Notes: generated by a model not told the origin, from the letters alone. DNA of 15,172 bases from Candidatus Muiribacteriota bacterium (GCA_051747805.1 JBNJGP010000068.1:1-15172), one strand, 5' to 3'; shown: positions 6,118 through 15,172, counted from the first letter of the stretch. Made by a program: numbers and translations.

Positions 6118-6210
6118 AAGCACGCTTTTTTCGTCACTAAAACCCGTATGGGTTTGGTCACTAGCAAACTTGTTTGCGGTCACTAAAAAAGCGTTAGCTT
6201 TTTGGTCACC
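6118..6210. repeat. Modular GTCACTA/hairpin array, three units
   Basis: GTCACTA at 6133, 6157 and 6179, with a terminal GTCACC at 6205. Between them are the perfect inverted repeats AAACCC-GTAT-GGGTTT, GCAAAC-TT-GTTTGC and AAAAAGC-GTTA-GCTTTTT, each followed by G. A leader hairpin AAGC-AC-GCTT lies at 6118-6127. Confidence 0.85.
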
Positions 6211-6258
6211 TGCGTTTAATTTTAATTTTTTTATTATAATTTTTTTAATTATTAAACC

Positions 6259-6287
6259 TTGACATAATAATTAATGTTATATAAATT
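6259..6287 (+). promoter_or_regulatory. Putative sigma70-type promoter of the V/A-ATPase operon
   Basis: Perfect TTGACA (6259-6264), 17 bp, TAAATT (6282-6287), preceded by an AT-rich UP-like tract. SD GGAGG at 6315-6319. Confidence 0.55.
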
Positions 6288-6325
6288 AATATTCGATTTT
6301 GGTTAATAAAGACCGGAGGCTATTT

Positions 6326-6634
6326 ATGTTTGAAGATATATTAAATGAAATCCAGGGCGCCGAAAAAAATTCCCGTGAGGCAATCCAGGAAGCCAGGCAG
6401 GAAAAGCAACAGAAATTAAATGAATTAAAAGAAAAATTTGAGAAAGAAAATTCAGAAATTTCCTCTTTTGAAAAAAATATAATTTCCGATACACTAAAAA
6501 AAGAACGAGAAAAAGGTCAGGAAAAAGCCAAAGAAATTACAGCCGAATATGTTGAAAAAATTAATGAAGTTCGTAAAACGGCTGATGGAAACATGGAAAA
6601 GGCTCTTAAAAAACTTATGGAGGAAATTTATTAA
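6326..6634 (+). CDS. V/A-type ATPase peripheral stalk subunit H/G (NtpF in Enterococcus hirae nomenclature)
   Basis: About 102 aa, E/K-rich coiled coil starting MFEDILNEIQGAEKNS. First gene before subunit I, as in known ntp operons. GGAGG 6 nt before ATG 6326 supports this start over 6299. Confidence 0.8.
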   Translation: MFEDILNEIQGAEKNSREAIQEARQEKQQKLNELKEKFEKENSEISSFEKNIISDTLKKEREKGQEKAKEITAEYVEKINEVRKTADGNMEKALKKLMEEIY

Positions 6635-8565
6635 TGGCAATTGCAAAAGTCAGCAAACTTGGCATAGCTGTTTTAAAAGAGAAAAAATCTCAATTAATTA
6701 GACTTCTACATAAATATGGAAATATAGAAATAATCGAAGAAAAAAATCAAAATGAAATTGAGAACACCCAGTATAATGATGAGTATGTTAAAATAAACAA
6801 TGCTCTTGAGTTATTAAATGAGTATTCAGAAAAAAAAGGTTTTATGGAAATGTTTTCGCCAAAAAAAGAGTACAGCCTCGATGAACTTGAGGATTTTTCT
6901 AAAAGCGAAAAAAAGAAAATAGCCTTTAATTTAAATGAGCTAAAAGAAAAAAGGAAAAAATTAGAAGGAAATCTAAATTCGCTTCAAACAACTCTGGAAA
7001 AACTAAAAAACTGGGAATGGTTAGAAATAGATTTAAACATTATAAAAAAATGGCAATATGCTTCTTTAAAAACAATTACTGGAAAAGTTGAAAATCTTGA
7101 AATATTAAAAAATGAGCTTCAAAATAAAAATTTAAAATATGAACTTATAGCAAAACAAAGCGGAAACATTTTTCATGGCGCACTTATTTACCTTAAATCA
7201 GATGATGAAATTATATACAAGTTGATTGGGGAATCTGGAATAAATCTTGAAGAATTTGAAAAACCTGGACTTATAAGTAAACAAGTTAAAGAAATAAAAG
7301 AAGAATTAGCGATGATTCAGGAAGAAGTAAGTCAAATAGATGAAGAAATATTAAGCCTGAATTCAGCACAGGACGAGCTTGGGCTTGTTTTAGACAGTAT
7401 AGCTCTGCTGATTCAGGAACAAAAAGTTAATTCGTCTTTTTATAATACAGAATATGCCTCATTTGTTAAAGTATGGGTTCCTAAAGGTACTATGGAGAGT
7501 TTAAGAAAAGAACTTTCAGAAAAAATAAAAGAAATAGAAATAATGGAAATCCCTCTTGACGAAGACGAGGAACCACCTGTTCTTTTTGCTGGGAATAATT
7601 TTACAACTCCGTTTCATTTAATTACAAATATGTATGATGCACCTACAAAAAAAGATTTTGATCCTACCCCGCTTTTTGCTCCCTTCTTTGTTATTTTCTT
7701 TGGGTTCTGTCTCAGTGATGCTGGATATGGATTAATAATTATTTTAACATCCCTCTTTTTTGTTTTTAACAACAAAATATCAAATGAGGCAAAACAGCCT
7801 GCAAAATTATTATTATACTGTGGATTTTCTACTTTTGTGCTTGGCGCAATGGCAGGAGGCTGGTTTGGTATACTAATAGAGGAAATAAATAATCCGCTGG
7901 CAAAATTTTTAACAAGAATAAAAATAGTTGACCCTAACCGCGATTCTCTTATTGTTCTAGGTTTTGGACTACTGCTCGGAGCAGTGCAGATTTTATGGTC
8001 TAAACTTATTTCCGCCTATAAGAATTTTTTAAATAAAGAACCTGGAGAAACCATTTCTGACATTGTATGGTTTTTATATTTATGTTTCTTTTTCCCAACT
8101 GTGCTAAAATATGCAGGTTATATTGAAGGACACGCTTGGATTTACAGGGGATTCTTCTATATGGCCTTAATCATTCTTGTTGTAAAAATCATAAGAAGCA
8201 AGGCAAATTTATTCTTAAAACCATTACATGGACTGCTTGAATTATATGACACTATTGGATATTTAGGAGATGTGCTTTCATATTCAAGGCTTATGGCCCT
8301 TGGAATGGCTACCGGCGGTATAGCACTTGCGGTAAATCTTATTTCTGGAATAGTTGGGGATATGATACCGGTGGTAGGAATTTTTGTGCAAATTGTACTG
8401 TTAGTTGTAGGACATACTTTTAATATTATAATGAATATGCTTGGTTCATTTGTGCATTCGCTGAGATTACAGTTTGTTGAGTTTTTCCGTAAGTTCTTTG
8501 ACGGCGGCGGAAGAACACTTAAACCTTTTAAAACTGAGTTTAAATATATAAAAGTAAAAGAGTAA
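6634..8565 (+). CDS. ntpI: V/A-type ATPase subunit I (a)
   Basis: Soluble N-terminal half, then DPTPLFAPFFVIFFGFCLSDAGYG, GDVLSYSRLMALG (essential Arg), GHTFN and VHSLRLQFVEFFRKFFDGGG. Confidence 0.96.
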   Translation: MAIAKVSKLGIAVLKEKKSQLIRLLHKYGNIEIIEEKNQNEIENTQYNDEYVKINNALELLNEYSEKKGFMEMFSPKKEYSLDELEDFSKSEKKKIAFNLNELKEKRKKLEGNLNSLQTTLEKLKNWEWLEIDLNIIKKWQYASLKTITGKVENLEILKNELQNKNLKYELIAKQSGNIFHGALIYLKSDDEIIYKLIGESGINLEEFEKPGLISKQVKEIKEELAMIQEEVSQIDEEILSLNSAQDELGLVLDSIALLIQEQKVNSSFYNTEYASFVKVWVPKGTMESLRKELSEKIKEIEIMEIPLDEDEEPPVLFAGNNFTTPFHLITNMYDAPTKKDFDPTPLFAPFFVIFFGFCLSDAGYGLIIILTSLFFVFNNKISNEAKQPAKLLLYCGFSTFVLGAMAGGWFGILIEEINNPLAKFLTRIKIVDPNRDSLIVLGFGLLLGAVQILWSKLISAYKNFLNKEPGETISDIVWFLYLCFFFPTVLKYAGYIEGHAWIYRGFFYMALIILVVKIIRSKANLFLKPLHGLLELYDTIGYLGDVLSYSRLMALGMATGGIALAVNLISGIVGDMIPVVGIFVQIVLLVVGHTFNIIMNMLGSFVHSLRLQFVEFFRKFFDGGGRTLKPFKTEFKYIKVKE

Positions 8566-8584
8566 TAACTTGACTTGGGTGTTT

Positions 8585-8640
8585 AGTGTGTCGGTGCTAG
8601 TGAAATTGATATTTTCTGTCAATGTCAAGAACCGACTCCT
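8585..8640. repeat. Long imperfect stem-loop in the ntpI-ntpK intergenic gap
   Basis: Pairings: GTCGGT (8590-8595)/ACCGAC (8631-8636), CT/AG, TGA/TCA, and ATTGATA (8605-8611)/TGTCAAT (8617-8623). Loop TTTTC. Confidence 0.6.
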
Positions 8641-8649
8641 TTAAAATAA

Positions 8650-9174
<525 letters not shown>

Positions 9175-9183
9175 GAGGCCTTT

Positions 9184-9765
9184 GTGTCAGTAAAAGATAT
9201 TACCTCAAAAATTCAGGAAATTACTAATGAAAAAAAAGCTGGGATCGAAAAAGAAGCCCGGGAAGAAATTAAAAAGCAGCAGGAAAAATATGATAAAATA
9301 ATTCAACAAAAAAAAGACAAGGTAATTCAAAGTGCCTCAACACGCGGGAAAGAATTAAGAAACGGAATAGTAATTCAGGAAAAACTGCGTATGAGAAACA
9401 AAATGCTTCAGGAAAAACAGAACCTTGTACAAACTCTTTTTGATAAATTAAAAAAAGAGCTTGATGGTTTAAATAAGGAAAAATACCTTAGGTTTTATTC
9501 TTCTGTATTAGAAAAACAAAATCTTAAAGGAAAGAAGTGCAAAGTTTTAAAAACTGAAGCAGAAAGAAAAATTGATGCTGATTTTGTAAAGGAACTTGCC
9601 AAAAAAAATAACTTAAATCTTGAGCTTGGAGATGAAAAAGTGAAATCCGATGATGGTGGTTTTATTTTAAAAATCGACTTTATGGAAATGGATTTTACAC
9701 ACGAGGCAGTTGTTAAAGAAATAAGAGAAGAAAAAGAAAAAGAAGTTGTTAAAATACTTTTTTAA
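9184..9765 (+). CDS. ntpE: V/A-type ATPase subunit E
   Basis: N-terminal coiled coil, C-terminal GGFIL motif and a V..ILF ending; position between K and C. GTG start with AGGAGG at 9173-9178. Confidence 0.88.
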   Translation: MSVKDITSKIQEITNEKKAGIEKEAREEIKKQQEKYDKIIQQKKDKVIQSASTRGKELRNGIVIQEKLRMRNKMLQEKQNLVQTLFDKLKKELDGLNKEKYLRFYSSVLEKQNLKGKKCKVLKTEAERKIDADFVKELAKKNNLNLELGDEKVKSDDGGFILKIDFMEMDFTHEAVVKEIREEKEKEVVKILF

Positions 9766-9786
9766 AAAAAAATGGAGTTTTTCAAT

Positions 9787-10737
9787 ATGAATGAAAGTAA
9801 ATATGCTCATATTTTTGCAAGAATAAAATCTCTTGAAAACAGTATGATTTCTTCAAGAGTTTTTAATCAGCTTGTAGAGGCGGATGAAAGGGCACAATAT
9901 TCAAGAATATTAAGCGAGACTAATTATGCTGAAGATATTGAAAAACTGTCACTTGAAGATTTTTACTTTAAACAGAAAAATAATTTGTACCATTTTTTAC
10001 AGCAAGTGCTTCCTGATGAAGAGTTTGTTCAAACATATTTTTTAAAACAGGATTTTTTGAACTTAAAACTTTTTATTAAATCAGGGAATACAGATTTTAA
10101 AGGTTATTTTATATTAAAACCACATTTGCTTAAAAATTATGAAGATTCAAACCGGGCTCTTCTGCCTCAGCCATTCAAGGAAATACTACCCCGGGCATTA
10201 AAACTGGCTGAAAAATCTGTTTTCGAGGCTGAAATTTTCATTGATAAACAAATGTATAAATCTTTATTAAACAATAAAAATAGCACATGGCAGAATTATG
10301 TGAAAAACAGTATTGATTTTAATAATTTTAGACTAATTTTAAGGTGTAAAGGTTTTGATATGAACAGAGATTTTTTTGAAAAAAATATTATAGAAGATGG
10401 ATTTGTTCAAAAGCACCGTCTTATAAAAGCCTTTACAGATAGTCGGGAAAATATTCATAAATATTTTCTGGGCTCAGATTTGTTTAAAAATTTTGAAAAA
10501 ATTAATGAAATTTACTCTAAAGAAAACAATTTTGCCCACATAGAGAAAGAAATTGATAATGCGCTTCTTGACTTTATTAAAAAGACAAAAACCGTAGTTA
10601 TGAGTCAGGACAATGTTGTTGCATTTGTTCTGGCTGTTGAAAATGAGCTTAAAAACTTGAAAATAATACTTGATGGTAAGGCTAATAACGTTCCGGAAAA
10701 TATTATTAAGGAAAGGTTGAGAGACAGTTATGTTTAA
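9787..10737 (+). CDS. ntpC: V/A-type ATPase subunit C (d)
   Basis: Motifs YAHIFARIKSLEN, LSETNY, DFLNLKL, IDFNNFRLILR and ENELKNLKIILDGK...IKERLRDSYV. GGAG at 9774-9777 favours ATG 9787; 9772 is the alternative start. Confidence 0.9.
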   Translation: MNESKYAHIFARIKSLENSMISSRVFNQLVEADERAQYSRILSETNYAEDIEKLSLEDFYFKQKNNLYHFLQQVLPDEEFVQTYFLKQDFLNLKLFIKSGNTDFKGYFILKPHLLKNYEDSNRALLPQPFKEILPRALKLAEKSVFEAEIFIDKQMYKSLLNNKNSTWQNYVKNSIDFNNFRLILRCKGFDMNRDFFEKNIIEDGFVQKHRLIKAFTDSRENIHKYFLGSDLFKNFEKINEIYSKENNFAHIEKEIDNALLDFIKKTKTVVMSQDNVVAFVLAVENELKNLKIILDGKANNVPENIIKERLRDSYV

Positions 10738-11050
10738 AGCAGGAATAATAGGGAACCGGGAAATAATATCAATGTTCAGACTATTTGATTTTGAATGTTT
10801 TTATGTTGAAAATCAGAAAGAGGCTGAAGAAAAATTAAAATCTTTAAAAAAATCTAAAGAGCTTGCGGTTGTTTTTATTACTGAAAATTATGCAACTGAG
10901 ATGCTTGATACTATCGAAGAGTTTTCCACACAGGTTTTACCGGCAGTAATAATTTTACCAACAAATGTGGAAAGCAGCGGAATTAACAATGAAAGATTGA
11001 GAAATATTGCGATAAAAGCTGTTGGCGCAGATGTATTCAGCGAAAAATAG
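10730..11050 (+). CDS. ntpG: V/A-type ATPase subunit F (NtpG in E. hirae nomenclature)
   Basis: Motifs KAGIIGNREIISMFRLFDF, AVVFITE, PAVIILP and KAVGAD; 106 aa, directly before subunit A. Confidence 0.92.
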   Translation: MFKAGIIGNREIISMFRLFDFECFYVENQKEAEEKLKSLKKSKELAVVFITENYATEMLDTIEEFSTQVLPAVIILPTNVESSGINNERLRNIAIKAVGADVFSEK

Positions 11051-11074
11051 GGTTTGAAAAGGAAGGAGAACCAC

Positions 11075-12844
11075 ATGGCAAATTCTAAGGGAATAATTAC
11101 AAAAGTTTCGGGACCACTTGTTGTTGCAAAAGGTATGGAAAACGTTAAGCTTTTTGATGTTGTTATGGTTTCTGAACACAAATTAATTGGTGAAATTGTA
11201 GAAATTAGAGGAGATCGGGCCTCTATACAGGTTTATGAGGATACTTCGGGTCTTGGCCCAGGTGAGGCGGTTTACACAACTGATGCACCTCTTCAGGTAG
11301 AACTTGGTCCTGGTTTAATTGAAAGTATTTATGATGGTATTCAGAGACCGCTTGAAGCACTTGTTGAAAAAGCAGGTGATTTTATTACTCGTGGAATTCA
11401 GGTGCCGGGTTTGAATCGTGAAAAAAAATGGGAGTTTAAACCTGTTGTTAACGAAGGAGACAAGCTTCAATCGGGTGATGTTATAGGTACAGTTGATGAA
11501 ACTGTGCTTATAAAACATAAAATTATGGTTCCACCTCGTATTGAAGGAGAAATTACTCAGATTAAATCGGGTAATTTTACTGTTGAAGAAGTTATTGGAA
11601 AAATCAAGGATAATAACGGAAAAGAACATGAGCTTAAATTGATGCAGAAATGGCCGGTTAGAATGCCTAGACCATATAAAGAAAGATTAGCTCCTGAAAC
11701 CCCTCTGGTAACAGGACAGAGAACTATTGATACTTTTTTTCCTGTTTCAAAAGGCGGAACTGCCTGTATTCCTGGCCCTTTTGGTAGTGGAAAAACTGTT
11801 GTGCAGCATCAGCTTGCTAAATGGTCAGATGCAGAAGTAGTTATATTTATTGGCTGTGGTGAACGTGGAAATGAAATGACTGATGTTTTAATGGAGTTCC
11901 CCGAACTGAAAGACCCTAAATCCGGACATCCATTAATGAAAAGAACTGTTTTGATTGCAAACACTTCTAATATGCCTGTTGCGGCTCGTGAGGCTTCTGT
12001 TTATACTGGAATTACCCTGGCAGAATATTACCGTGATATGGGATATTCCGTTGCTTTAATGGCTGATTCTACTTCAAGATGGGCAGAAGCTTTAAGAGAA
12101 ATGTCAGGCAGGCTTGAAGAAATGCCAGGTGAAGAAGGTTATCCAGCATATCTTGGTTCCAAAATGGCTGCTTTTTATGAAAGGGCAGGAAAAGTCATCT
12201 GCAGTGGCGAGAACGAAAAAAGAGAAGGCGCACTCACTGTTATTGGTGCTGTTTCTCCTCCTGGTGGTGACCTGTCAGAGCCAGTTACTCAGAATACTTT
12301 AAGAATTGTTAAGGTTTTCTGGAGCCTTGATTATAAGCTGGCACATGCGCGACATTTTCCTGCAATTAACTGGTTAAATTCCTATTCACTATACCATAAT
12401 AATATGAAATCTTATTTTGATGAAAATTTTGGTAGAGAATGGAATGAGCTTAAAAATACGGCTTTGAAACTTCTACAGGATGAGGCTGAGCTTGAAGAAA
12501 TTGTAAGACTTGTTGGAATAGATGCTTTGAGTGTGAAAGAAAGAATTATTCTGGAAACTACAAAGTCTCTCAGAGAAGATTATCTTCAGCAGAATGCATT
12601 TGATGATGAAGATTCTTATACCTCATTAAATAAACAGTTTAAATTATTAAAACTGGTTCTTACTTTTTATGAAGAGGCAATTTCTCTTCAGGAATCAGAA
12701 AAGGAAATTGAAATAGATAGTCTTATAAAGCTTCCGGTTAAAACTGAAGTAGCCCGTGCACATGCTATTTCAGAAGATGAGTTGCATAAATTTGATGAAC
12801 TTGAAAAAAAATATAGAGAAGCAATCAGGGGAATAGGTGAATAA
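11075..12844 (+). CDS. ntpA: V/A-type ATPase catalytic subunit A
   Basis: Walker A GPFGSGKT, plus [37 protein letters not shown] and [19 protein letters not shown] supports ATG 11075 over 11054. Confidence 0.98.
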   Translation: MANSKGIITKVSGPLVVAKGMENVKLFDVVMVSEHKLIGEIVEIRGDRASIQVYEDTSGLGPGEAVYTTDAPLQVELGPGLIESIYDGIQRPLEALVEKAGDFITRGIQVPGLNREKKWEFKPVVNEGDKLQSGDVIGTVDETVLIKHKIMVPPRIEGEITQIKSGNFTVEEVIGKIKDNNGKEHELKLMQKWPVRMPRPYKERLAPETPLVTGQRTIDTFFPVSKGGTACIPGPFGSGKTVVQHQLAKWSDAEVVIFIGCGERGNEMTDVLMEFPELKDPKSGHPLMKRTVLIANTSNMPVAAREASVYTGITLAEYYRDMGYSVALMADSTSRWAEALREMSGRLEEMPGEEGYPAYLGSKMAAFYERAGKVICSGENEKREGALTVIGAVSPPGGDLSEPVTQNTLRIVKVFWSLDYKLAHARHFPAINWLNSYSLYHNNMKSYFDENFGREWNELKNTALKLLQDEAELEEIVRLVGIDALSVKERIILETTKSLREDYLQQNAFDDEDSYTSLNKQFKLLKLVLTFYEEAISLQESEKEIEIDSLIKLPVKTEVARAHAISEDELHKFDELEKKYREAIRGIGE

Positions 12845-12877
12845 AGTCTTATTTAAGATTTAACAGAGGAGGAATAT

Positions 12878-14260
12878 ATGAAAGAATACAGGACCATTAA
12901 AGAAGTTGCCGGTCCCTTAATGGTGGTTGATAAAGTTGAGGACGTAAAATATGAAGAACTTGTTGAAATAGAGTTGCAGAATGGTGAAATCAGACGTGGG
13001 AAAGTGCTTGAAATTAGTGAGGAAAGAGCACTTGTTCAGCTTTTTGAAAGTGCAGCAGGTCTTGATATTCATAATTCCAAAGTTAAATTTCTGGGAAAAG
13101 GGGCAACCCTTTCAGTATCCCCTGATATTATGGGAAGAGTTTTTGACGGAGGTGGCAATCCTATTGATAATGGTCCGAAAATTATCCCCGATAAACAGCC
13201 CGATATAAACGGAGTTCCTTTAAATCCATTTGCAAGAGACTATCCAAATGATTTTATACAGACTGGTGTTTCTGCTATTGATGGAATGAATACACTTGTT
13301 AGAGGACAGAAACTGCCCATTTTTTCAGTATCTGGTCTTCCTCATAATCTTCTGGCGGCACAGATAGCTAGACAGGCCTCTGTTAAAAAACAGGAAGAGG
13401 AGTTTGCGGTTGTATTTGCTGCAATGGGTATTACGTTTGAAGAGGCTCAGTTTTTCCAGGAGGATTTCCGCAGAACAGGGGCTATTGAAAACGCGGTTTT
13501 ATTTATGAATCTTGCGGATGATCCACCGGTTGAAAGAATTTCTACTCCAAGATTAGCACTTACCTGTGCAGAATATCTGGCGTTTGAACTTAATAAGCAT
13601 GTGCTTGTAATTATGACTGATATGACAAACTACTGTGAGGCTTTAAGAGAGGTTGGAGCTGCAAGAAAAGAAATCCCGGGAAGAAGAGGATATCCTGGTT
13701 ATCTCTATACAGACCTTGCAACTTTATATGAAAGGGCGGGAAGGATTAAAGATAAAAAAGGGTCAATTACTCAGATACCTATTCTTACTATGCCCGAGGA
13801 TGATAAAACTCATCCAATCCCAGATTTAACTGGATATATTACTGAGGGTCAGACAATTTTATCAAGAGAGCTTCACAGAAAAAATATATACCCGCCGATT
13901 GATGTTTTGCCGAGTCTTTCACGACTTAAAGATAAAGGGATTGGTCCTGATAAAACAAGGGAGGACCATGCTCCTGTATTAAATCAGCTTTTTGCCGCAT
14001 ATGCCCGTGGTAAAGAGGCGAAAGAGCTTGCGGTAATTCTTGGCGACGCTGCCTTAACTGAGAATGATAAAAAGTTTGCTGAATTTGCAGATAGATATGA
14101 AAATGAATTTGTAAAGCAGGGGGAAAATGTAAATCGAACAATTGAAGAAACATTATCACTTGGATGGGAGTTAATGTCAAACCTTCCTGTAGAAGAGCTT
14201 AAAAGATTAAAACCAGATATGATCCAAAAATATATGCCAGAAAAAGAAGAGCAGAATTAA
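12878..14260 (+). CDS. ntpB: V/A-type ATPase subunit B
   Basis: Motifs [49 protein letters not shown] and [24 protein letters not shown]. Confidence 0.98.
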   Translation: MKEYRTIKEVAGPLMVVDKVEDVKYEELVEIELQNGEIRRGKVLEISEERALVQLFESAAGLDIHNSKVKFLGKGATLSVSPDIMGRVFDGGGNPIDNGPKIIPDKQPDINGVPLNPFARDYPNDFIQTGVSAIDGMNTLVRGQKLPIFSVSGLPHNLLAAQIARQASVKKQEEEFAVVFAAMGITFEEAQFFQEDFRRTGAIENAVLFMNLADDPPVERISTPRLALTCAEYLAFELNKHVLVIMTDMTNYCEALREVGAARKEIPGRRGYPGYLYTDLATLYERAGRIKDKKGSITQIPILTMPEDDKTHPIPDLTGYITEGQTILSRELHRKNIYPPIDVLPSLSRLKDKGIGPDKTREDHAPVLNQLFAAYARGKEAKELAVILGDAALTENDKKFAEFADRYENEFVKQGENVNRTIEETLSLGWELMSNLPVEELKRLKPDMIQKYMPEKEEQN

Positions 14261-14305
14261 TTTGTAAAATTGTTATTTTAAGGCTTGAGAAGGAGGAAAT
14301 AATAA

Positions 14306-14935
14306 ATGGCAAAGGCTGTTAATGCTACCAGAATGGAGTTGTTGAGCCGTAAACGCCGTATTGTAACTGCGCGTCGAGGTCATAAACTTTTAAAAGAAAA
14401 AAGAGACGGGTTGATGAAAAGTTTTATGGATATTATTAAGCGTGCCCGTGATTTAAGAAAGGATGTTGAAGAAATTACCACCTTGATTTTTAATAAATAT
14501 CTTTCTGCGATTTCTGTTATGAATCCTACCGAGGTTGAAAATGCCATTGCCATGCCTAAAGAGAGCGTTGAGGTTGATATAGAAATTAAAAATATAATGA
14601 GCGTTAAGGTGCCCGTTTTCAAGCCTGTTTTTAAAGAGGTTAATAAACAGCCCTACTCACTTACTGAAACTTCTGCTGAACTTGATACTGCATATATTCT
14701 TTTAAAAGAAAATATAGAAAAACTACTTGAGCTTGCTGAAATTGAAAAAGAGGCCGAACTTATGTCGATTGAAATTGAGGCTACCCGTCGAAGGGTTAAT
14801 GCTTTAGAGCATGTTTTAATACCTGACCTTGAAGAAACTATTAAGTATATTCAGATGAAACTTGATGAGATGGAGCGTTCGAATCTTACTATTTTAATGA
14901 AAGTAAAAGATATGCTTGAGGCTCAAGCTGAATAA
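14306..14935 (+). CDS. ntpD: V/A-type ATPase subunit D (rotor shaft)
   Basis: Motifs NATRMEL, ARRGHKLLKEKRDGL, NIMSVKVP and EIEATRRRVNALEHVLIP. SD AAGGAGG. Confidence 0.97.
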   Translation: MAKAVNATRMELLSRKRRIVTARRGHKLLKEKRDGLMKSFMDIIKRARDLRKDVEEITTLIFNKYLSAISVMNPTEVENAIAMPKESVEVDIEIKNIMSVKVPVFKPVFKEVNKQPYSLTETSAELDTAYILLKENIEKLLELAEIEKEAELMSIEIEATRRRVNALEHVLIPDLEETIKYIQMKLDEMERSNLTILMKVKDMLEAQAE

Positions 14936-14954
14936 ATTCAGCAGTCTAAAACAA

Positions 14955-14995
14955 AAGCAACTGCTTCATTCGTCACTAGGTGTTAGCCAGTCACC
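14955..14995. repeat. Modular GTCACTA/hairpin element, one-unit copy
   Basis: AAGCA-AC-TGCTT (14955-14966), CATTC, GTCACTA (14972-14978), GGT-GTTA-GCC (14979-14988), A, GTCACC (14990-14995). Same architecture and orientation as 6118-6210. Confidence 0.7.
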
Positions 14996-15037
14996 AGAAA
15001 AACTTTAAAAATTATCAATAATGTTTAGAAACAGAAC

Positions 15038-15088
15038 GGGGTCTGTGCCGAGCTCAAATTTAAGCTTGCAGAGGTCGGCCTGACCACT
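15038..15088. repeat. REP-like imperfect palindrome, copy 2 (GGGGTCWGYGCCGA-Nn-GGCCTGACCACT)
   Basis: GGGGTCTGTGCCGA (15038-15051) ... GGCCTGACCACT (15077-15088). Pairings GGTC/GACC, GCCGA/TCGGC, CTC/GAG. A T-rich tract follows, so it may also terminate the ntp transcript. Confidence 0.7.
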
Positions 15089-15130
15089 CGCTTTATTTTG
15101 TTTCGTAATAAATTTTAAGCTCTTGCTCTA

Positions 15131-15172
15131 ATCTGCTTCTATCGGCTCTTCTCGGCTTTTGTCTGCTCCTAT
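15131..15172. repeat. Degenerate 10-bp tandem repeat (NTCKGCTYYT), running to the window edge
   Basis: ATCTGCTTCT, ATCGGCTCTT, CTCGGCTTTT, GTCTGCTCCT, then AT. A more degenerate unit TCTTGCTCTA precedes it. Confidence 0.6.

Noticed and set aside
6186..6203. GTTAGC motifs (also 14982-14987) as integron attC core sites
   Set aside because: There is no complementary RYYYAAC box at a suitable distance, the units are far shorter than attC sites, and there is no cassette ORF or integrase.
6133..6210. GTCACTA array as a CRISPR array
   Set aside because: The repeat is only 7-8 bp, the inserts are 14-18 bp and self-complementary, and there are no cas genes in the window.
6039..6210. A riboswitch (e.g. 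Na+-sensing) in the ATPase leader
   Set aside because: The structures lie upstream of the best promoter candidate (6259-6287), and I cannot match them to a known aptamer by eye. A cmscan run would be needed, so it is not called.
6059..6262. 67-aa hydrophobic + strand ORF across the hairpin array
   Set aside because: It has a TTG start inside a hairpin loop and no SD. Its F/I/L richness follows from T-rich DNA, and array periods of 22 and 26 bp are not codon multiples.
11075..12844. Intein or insertion in subunit A
   Set aside because: The length (~589 aa) is standard and the GCGERGNE region, a known intein site in V/A-ATPase A subunits, is uninterrupted.
10888..14622. Short ORFs 10888-11181, 10955-11179, 11315-11629, 12114-12302, 12981-13208, 13926-14180 and 14380-14622
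   Set aside because: Antisense or off-frame shadows inside conserved ATPase genes, with no independent support.

Overview
AT-rich bacterial chromosomal window made mostly of housekeeping genes. From left to right it holds the 3' end of a RelE/StbE-type toxin (missed by the ORF track), then a + strand cluster of STAS protein, YhaM-like OB/HD nuclease, TPR protein and a probable divergent RNA polymerase omega subunit. A convergent - strand dxr-ispG pair (MEP pathway, no rseP between them) follows, then a complete nine-gene V/A-type ATPase operon (H/G-I-K-E-C-F-A-B-D) whose K subunit has the Na+-binding signature. The unusual signal is in the intergenic DNA, where every large gap holds small palindromic elements. 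(1) A 127-bp MITE-like element (122-248) has 14-bp terminal inverted repeats and a perfect 9-bp target-site duplication, and folds into one long hairpin. (2) A GGGGTC...GGCCTGACCACT hairpin occurs both inside that MITE and 15 kb away, with different interiors. (3) A modular array has a fixed GTCACTA heptamer alternating with sequence-variable perfect hairpins; three units lie upstream and one unit downstream of the ATPase operon, with shared leader and terminal motifs. (4) There are further REP-like hairpins and a decamer tandem repeat. Two genes look leaderless. No transposase or cas gene is in the window. All calls were made by eye, with no database searches, and I cannot assign a taxon.
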